Source: an uncultured Candidatus Rokubacteria bacterium
GTDB lineage: Bacteria > Methylomirabilota > Methylomirabilia > Rokubacteriales > DASRDR01
DNA length: 64,000 bases
NCBI GenBank assembly: GCA_963826115.1
Contig: CAWGVS010000012.1
Location: forward strand, 640,001 to 704,000
Direction of reading: 5' to 3'
The notes beneath the pieces were generated by a model. The model saw nothing but the letters and a program-made list of their open reading frames with translations, searched no databases and had not been told where the DNA came from. This document shows, in pieces, positions 59,391 through 64,000 of the stretch (position 1 is its first letter; the number at the start of each line of letters is the position of its first letter). Made by a program: the position numbers and the translations under genes.

Positions 59391-59867
59391 CTAGTCAGCG
59401 CGGGTCCGTTCACGGAGCGCCCGCTGAACCTCGCGCGTCTCCTCACGCTCGCGGATCGCGTGCCGCTTGTCCAGGGTCTTCCGGCCTCGCGCGAGCCCGA
59501 TCTCGACCTTGGCGCGACCCTGCTTGAAGTATAGGCGGAGAGGGACGAGGGTCAACCCTTTCTCCATGACCTTGCCGAGAAGTCTATTGATTTCGCCGCG
59601 ATGGAGCAGGAGCTTGCGCGGCCGGAGCGGCTCGTGGTTGGCCCGGTTGCCCTGGGCGTACGGGCTGATGTGGAGCCCGAGGAGCCACGCTTCGGTCCCG
59701 TCGATCCGCGCGTACGACTCCTTCAGGTCCGCGCGGCTGGCGCGGAGCGACTTGACCTCGGTCCCCTGGAGCACGAGGCCGGCCTCGTGGGTCTCGAGGA
59801 TCTCGAAGTTGTGATGCGCCCGGCGGTTCGACGCGACGAGCTTCTCGCCGCCGTCGCTCTTCCTCAC
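59391..59867 (-). CDS. smpB: SsrA-binding protein
   Basis: NRRAHH, EAGLVLQGTEVKSLR, RKLLLH, GLTLVPL, DKR. Confidence 0.98.
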   Translation of the reverse strand: MRKSDGGEKLVASNRRAHHNFEILETHEAGLVLQGTEVKSLRASRADLKESYARIDGTEAWLLGLHISPYAQGNRANHEPLRPRKLLLHRGEINRLLGKVMEKGLTLVPLRLYFKQGRAKVEIGLARGRKTLDKRHAIREREETREVQRALRERTRAD

Positions 59868-59948
59868 GTCAGCGCTCTCCCATCCCGTTCGCGCCCTCGC
59901 GCCTTGACGCGTCTAGGACCCGATGATAGCGTTGGGAACCTGCTCGGC

Positions 59949-60035
59949 GCCGAAGTGGCGGAATTGGCAGACGCGCTAGATTCAGGGTCTAGTGCCCGCA
60001 AGGGTGTGGGGGTTCGAGTCCCCCCTTCGGCACCA
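59949..60035 (+). tRNA. tRNA-Leu(CAG)
   Basis: CTAGA-TTCAGGG-TCTAG; long variable arm; CCA; promoter TTGACG-17-TAGCGT at 59904..59932. Confidence 0.97.
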
Positions 60036-60145
60036 CGAAGTATCGCATAGTCGCCTCGCGCCAGCGACCATCGGCCCGGCACCGCAAAATGATGCCAGAT
60101 GCGTCGGCGCGGCGGTCCGGTAGCCGTGCACCAGGAGGCTCGGGA

Positions 60146-60280
60146 ATGACCGAGACGCCGTCCACCCCTTCGGCCTACGAGCCGCCTCGAATCGAGCGAG
60201 TCCTGACGCCCGCCGATCTGGAGCGCGAGATCCTGTACGCGGGGCCGACGGACGTCTCCACCGACCTTCCGCCCACCTAG
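60146..60280 (+). CDS. 44-aa RiPP-precursor-like peptide
   Basis: AGGAGG RBS; YEPPRIERVL resembles the YxxPxL RRE-binding leader motif. Confidence 0.6.
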   Translation: MTETPSTPSAYEPPRIERVLTPADLEREILYAGPTDVSTDLPPT

Positions 60281-60521
60281 CACGCCTGACCGGGGCGGCG
60301 TCTCGCGCCCGGCGTTGGACGCGGGTCGGACGGTGTCGCCCTCGACGCCGGGGCCGAGACACGGGCCTGACACTCGCGAGGGGCCGGGGCCCGCGCGCGC
60401 GGAGATCCAGCGGATCGAAGCTGGCGAACCCACCGACGTAACGATCCGGACGAGGCCGTGCTCGCCAGACCGATCACGTTCATCCGAGAGGCGCGTCCCG
60501 TCCGCGTGGTAGGATCTACCG

Positions 60522-60803
60522 ATGCTCCGACGGATCCTGCCGCTGGTCGTGCTGATCGTCCTCGGAACGGCGATCGTCGGCCTCGCCCTGGATCCCGCGT
60601 TCGAGCCGCCCTCGCACCACTACGACGGCGACGACGCGGGCCATGTGGGCAAGCTTCGCGCCCACGGCGTCGAAGCGGCCGTCACCGATGCCCGTCTCGT
60701 GCTGGCCCCGGCGCCGCCGAAGCCCTTCATCGCGCCGACCGAGCACCCGCAGCAGCCGCTCCTTTCGCGCGAGCCTCTCGGGTCCCGCGCGCCGCCTGCC
60801 TAG
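60522..60803 (+). CDS. Membrane-anchored leader peptide ending in RAPP (putative arrest peptide)
   Basis: N-terminal TM; HHYDGDDAGH; ...SRAPPA-stop; extended -10 TGGTAGGAT 6 nt before ATG. Confidence 0.65.
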   Translation: MLRRILPLVVLIVLGTAIVGLALDPAFEPPSHHYDGDDAGHVGKLRAHGVEAAVTDARLVLAPAPPKPFIAPTEHPQQPLLSREPLGSRAPPA

Positions 60804-60969
60804 CCCCGTCTTCCTCGCCACGCTGAACTGACTCGCCCGTCCGGGTCATCCGGGCGGACGGGCCGGGGAGCCGCAGGCCGTCAGTGCCGTCGCGGCGACC
60901 GCCCGGTCGCGGGCCATGGGGGCCAGGGTCACGGCGAGATCACCGGGGGGCCGATCGACAGGAGTCCGA

Positions 60970-62187
60970 ATGCGCGTGCTCATGATTGCGCCGACGCCGT
61001 TCTTCGGCGACCGCGGCTGTCATGTTCGAATCTTCGAAGAGGTCCGGGCCCTCCGCCGTCACGACGTGGAGGTCCTGGTGGCGACCTACCCCGTCGGCCG
61101 CGATGTTCCGGAGGTCCGGACCGTCCGGTCCGCGCGGCTCCCGTGGGTGCGTCGGCTCCCTGTCGGCTTTTCGCCCCACAAGCCCTTACTCGATCTCCTG
61201 CTCCTCGGCGCCGGGGCCCGCGCCGCGCGAGCGTTTCAACCCGACGTGATTCACGGCCATCTCCACGAGGGTGCCGCGCTCGCGGGTGTGCTCGGCCGGT
61301 TGCTCGGCCGCCCGGCCGTGGCTGATCTCCAGGGCAGCCTCACCGGGGAGCTGATCGACCACGGGACGATCCCGGCCCGGGGTCCCCTGCCGGCCCTGGC
61401 GCGGGTCGTCGAGCGTGCGTGCCTTCGCGGCCCGATGCGGCTCATCGCGTCGTCCTCGAGCTTCGCGCGCGATCTGGAAGCGCGGTGGGGCGGTGGCGAT
61501 CGCGTCGTCGCGGTGCCGGACGGCGTGGACACCGACGTGTTCCAGCCCGGCCTTCCCGTCGAGGAGCTGCGGCGATCCCTTCGTCTCGAGGGTCGGCCGC
61601 TCGTCGTCTTCCTCGGGGTGCTCACGCCCTATCAGGGCGTCGACGACTTGCTGGCGGCCTGGTCGGCGGTGGCCGCGGCGGTGCCCGACGCTCATCTCCT
61701 CCTGATGGGCTACCCGAATGAGGCGCAGTACCGGGAGCGGGTCGAGCGGACCGGGCTGCGGGGCTCGGTCACGGTCACCGGCCGCATCCACTACCGCGAC
61801 GCGCCCCGCTACCTCGCCCTCGGCGACGTGGCGGTCAGTCCCAAGCGCTCGATGACCGAGGCCAACGGGAAGCTCCTGAACTACATGGCGGCGGGCCTGC
61901 CGACGGTCGCCTACGACAGCCCGATCTCCCGCGAGATCCTCGGCGACGCCGGGGTCTTCGCCCCGCTCGGCGACCCCGCGGCCCTCGCGGCCGCCTGCAT
62001 CGGGCTCCTCGAGGACGCCCGCGAGCGCAAGTGGCGCGGCGCGGCGCTCCGCGAGCGCGCCCTGGCGACGTTCAGCTGGCCGGCGCTCGGCGGCCGGCTG
62101 GTCGAGGTGTATCAGGAGGCGCAGCGTGAATTCGCCGCACGGCGGTGCGCCGGCCTGCCGCGATCGGTCGAGCGGTCGCCGGACTGA
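60970..62187 (+). CDS. Glycosyltransferase family 4
   Basis: APTPFF.DRGCHVRI, HGHLHEG, PDGVD, YQGVD, EANGKLLNYMAAGLP. Confidence 0.92.
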   Translation: MRVLMIAPTPFFGDRGCHVRIFEEVRALRRHDVEVLVATYPVGRDVPEVRTVRSARLPWVRRLPVGFSPHKPLLDLLLLGAGARAARAFQPDVIHGHLHEGAALAGVLGRLLGRPAVADLQGSLTGELIDHGTIPARGPLPALARVVERACLRGPMRLIASSSSFARDLEARWGGGDRVVAVPDGVDTDVFQPGLPVEELRRSLRLEGRPLVVFLGVLTPYQGVDDLLAAWSAVAAAVPDAHLLLMGYPNEAQYRERVERTGLRGSVTVTGRIHYRDAPRYLALGDVAVSPKRSMTEANGKLLNYMAAGLPTVAYDSPISREILGDAGVFAPLGDPAALAAACIGLLEDARERKWRGAALRERALATFSWPALGGRLVEVYQEAQREFAARRCAGLPRSVERSPD

Positions 62188-62554
62188 CCGGCGGCGAGGG
62201 CGCCGGCCCGGTCGGCCTCGGCCGGCGCGCCCGCCGGAAACGAGCGCCCGGGGCGCTAGCCTTTGATGAGCGGTCGTAACTCCGCCTCGGTGAAGGCCGC
62301 GGGACACAGCCACCGTCCCGTGCCCGTCCCCACGTCATCATCCGCACCCGAGCCGCGGAGCCGATTACCTGGAAATCCTCGTCATCCATCCAACTCCACC
62401 CGACAGGGTCGACGCCAGGGCCGGCCTAGCATGAGCCGCCGCCGGCCGCCGGAGAACTCCCGACCGTCCCGGCCGCGCCCGCGGCCTCGCTGGCGCGGGT
62501 CCACAGACCCCGCGGGCGTACGCCCAGGTCCAGGCGCTATGCCGCGACGAGGCC

Positions 62555-62761
62555 GTGCCCTGCGTGGACCTCCGCGGGACGTTCGCGCCCTACCGCGACT
62601 ACACGAGTCTCTGGGTCAACCGCTTCGATCCGCACCCGAACGCGCGGGCGCACCGGCTCGCCGGCGAGCGGATCGTGGAGGTCCTGGGCCCCGCCTGGCT
62701 CGAGGCGGGACGGAGTCTCGGGCGGACGGCGCTGGCGGCGCCGCCCACCCCTCCACGATGA
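62555..62761 (+). pseudogene. C-terminal remnant of an SGNH/GDSL hydrolase
   Basis: VDL...LWV..DPHPNARAHRL.A (DxHP block V); earlier blocks absent. Confidence 0.6.
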
Positions 62762-62803
62762 GCCCGGTGCGCAGGGTGGGACGGGGACCGGCGAAGCCGG
62801 CCG

Positions 62804-63721
62804 TCAGGTGAGCCGTCGCACCGGATTCCTGAGGGTCCCGATCCCGTCGATCGTGATCGTCACGACGTCGCCCGCCGCCAGCGCGTGCTGATCCGGGACG
62901 AGGATCCCGGTCCCGGTCGACAGCACCGTGCCCGGCGGGACCGGGTTGTAGCGCTGGAGCCAGTCGACCAGCTCCCCGACGCGGCGCTTGAGATCGCCCG
63001 TCGAGGCGCGGCCCTCCCACAGGGTGCGACCGGCGCGCTCGATGACGCAGTGGATCGGGAGCGCATGGGGATCGGGGATCGAGGCCGGCGTGGCGATGAC
63101 CGGACCGAAGCCGAAGCTCCCCTGGAAGATCTTCGACTGGGGCAGGAACAGCGGGTTCTCCCGCTCGATGTCCCACGCGGACATGTCGTTCCCCACCGTG
63201 TAGCCGACGATCTTGCCCCCCACGCCCACGACCACCGCGAGCTCCGCCTCCACGACCGTGAGCTTCGAGTCGCCGCGGACTCCGACGGCGCCGTGCGGCC
63301 CCACCGAACGCGCCGCCGAGCCCTTGTAGAAGAGCTCGGGCCGCTCGGCTTCGTACACGTAGTCGTAAATCCCCTTGCCGCGGTGGGCCTGCCCGGTGTC
63401 GTGCTCGGAATAGTACTCGCGGCTCCGGCGGTACGTGATGCCGGCGCCCCACACCTCCGGGGGATCGATCGGCGGGAGCAGGCCGGCACCGCGGCCGCGG
63501 GGCTCGCGGTCGAGCGCGGCCCAGGCGTGGCGCGGGCGCCGAGGCGCGCGGCTCAGCTGGCGGGCCAGCCGCTCGATCCCGGTCGGGGTCTTGCCGGCGA
63601 GGACGAGGTCGAGGACCGAGCCGGCCCCGGCGCGCGGGGCGGTGATGTCGATGACCGTGTCGCCGTCGAGCACGCCCACGCGGCGCCCGCCGCCGGCAAC
63701 CTGGAACTGGCAGAGCTTCAT
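62804..63721 (-). CDS. Fumarylacetoacetate hydrolase family protein
   Basis: EVWGAGITY, RPELFYK, EAEL, GNDMSAWDIERENPLFLPQSK, TGTG. Confidence 0.92.
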   Translation of the reverse strand: MKLCQFQVAGGGRRVGVLDGDTVIDITAPRAGAGSVLDLVLAGKTPTGIERLARQLSRAPRRPRHAWAALDREPRGRGAGLLPPIDPPEVWGAGITYRRSREYYSEHDTGQAHRGKGIYDYVYEAERPELFYKGSAARSVGPHGAVGVRGDSKLTVVEAELAVVVGVGGKIVGYTVGNDMSAWDIERENPLFLPQSKIFQGSFGFGPVIATPASIPDPHALPIHCVIERAGRTLWEGRASTGDLKRRVGELVDWLQRYNPVPPGTVLSTGTGILVPDQHALAAGDVVTITIDGIGTLRNPVRRLT

Positions 63722-63799
63722 GGCTCTCTCCTTCGGTGGAGTGGGGTCAGGCTGGGGATGGGACGGCCGGCGACCGGCGGCCGCCGCCGGCCGGAGCGC

Positions 63800-64000
63800 T
63801 CACGCCAGGCGGAACCGGCGCCGGAAGACCTCGTCGCGGGTCTTCTGGTAGAGAATCTCCCACTCGGGGCTCCCCTCCGGAACGGGCCGGGCGTAGCTCC
63901 CGAGGATCTTGCGCACCTCGCCGTCGATCGACTCCTCCACACGGGTCTCGTCGGACAGAGCCCGGAGGATCTCGTTCCGCACGTCGTCGGGGGTCTTGAC
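63800..64000 (-). CDS. DUF507-like protein (5' end outside window)
   Basis: EESIDGEVRKIL.SY...EGSPEWEILY.K. Confidence 0.7.
   Translation of the reverse strand, partial: VKTPDDVRNEILRALSDETRVEESIDGEVRKILGSYARPVPEGSPEWEILYQKTRDEVFRRRFRLA

Noticed and set aside
60078-60098. Possible sigma54 promoter near the RiPP-like peptide
   Set aside because: GG-to-GC spacing is 9 nt rather than 10, and it lies on the opposite strand.

Overview
Very GC-rich bacterial chromosome segment. Gene content and the small-protein families suggest a soil bacterium, possibly Ca. Rokubacteria/Methylomirabilota; this is inference only. The core backbone has seven tRNAs (Lys-CTT, Arg-CCG, Arg-TCG, His-GTG, Arg-TCT, Pro-TGG, Leu-CAG), ssrA-smpB, rph-rdgB, a cell-wall amidase and ahcY under an SAH riboswitch. 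It also has a form I CO dehydrogenase operon (coxMSL plus xdhC-YHS) with an IS1202-like element (18-bp target duplication) beside its promoter, a surface-polysaccharide trio, and an 11-kb ABC/amidohydrolase/enolase catabolic cluster in which several enzymes have non-canonical active sites. The most striking unexplained structure: three tRNA genes are each followed by 1-2 displaced copies of their own 3' half, all breaking at or beside the anticodon loop. These copies delimit five small (about 1-6 kb) cargo cassettes with no intact integrase. Other highlights are an orphan RiPP-precursor-like peptide behind tRNA-Leu, a leaderless membrane-anchored uORF ending in the RAPP arrest motif upstream of a glycosyltransferase, and a tyrosinase-vWA fusion with a His/Cys-rich tail. 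Family names are from motif recognition by eye, not database searches.
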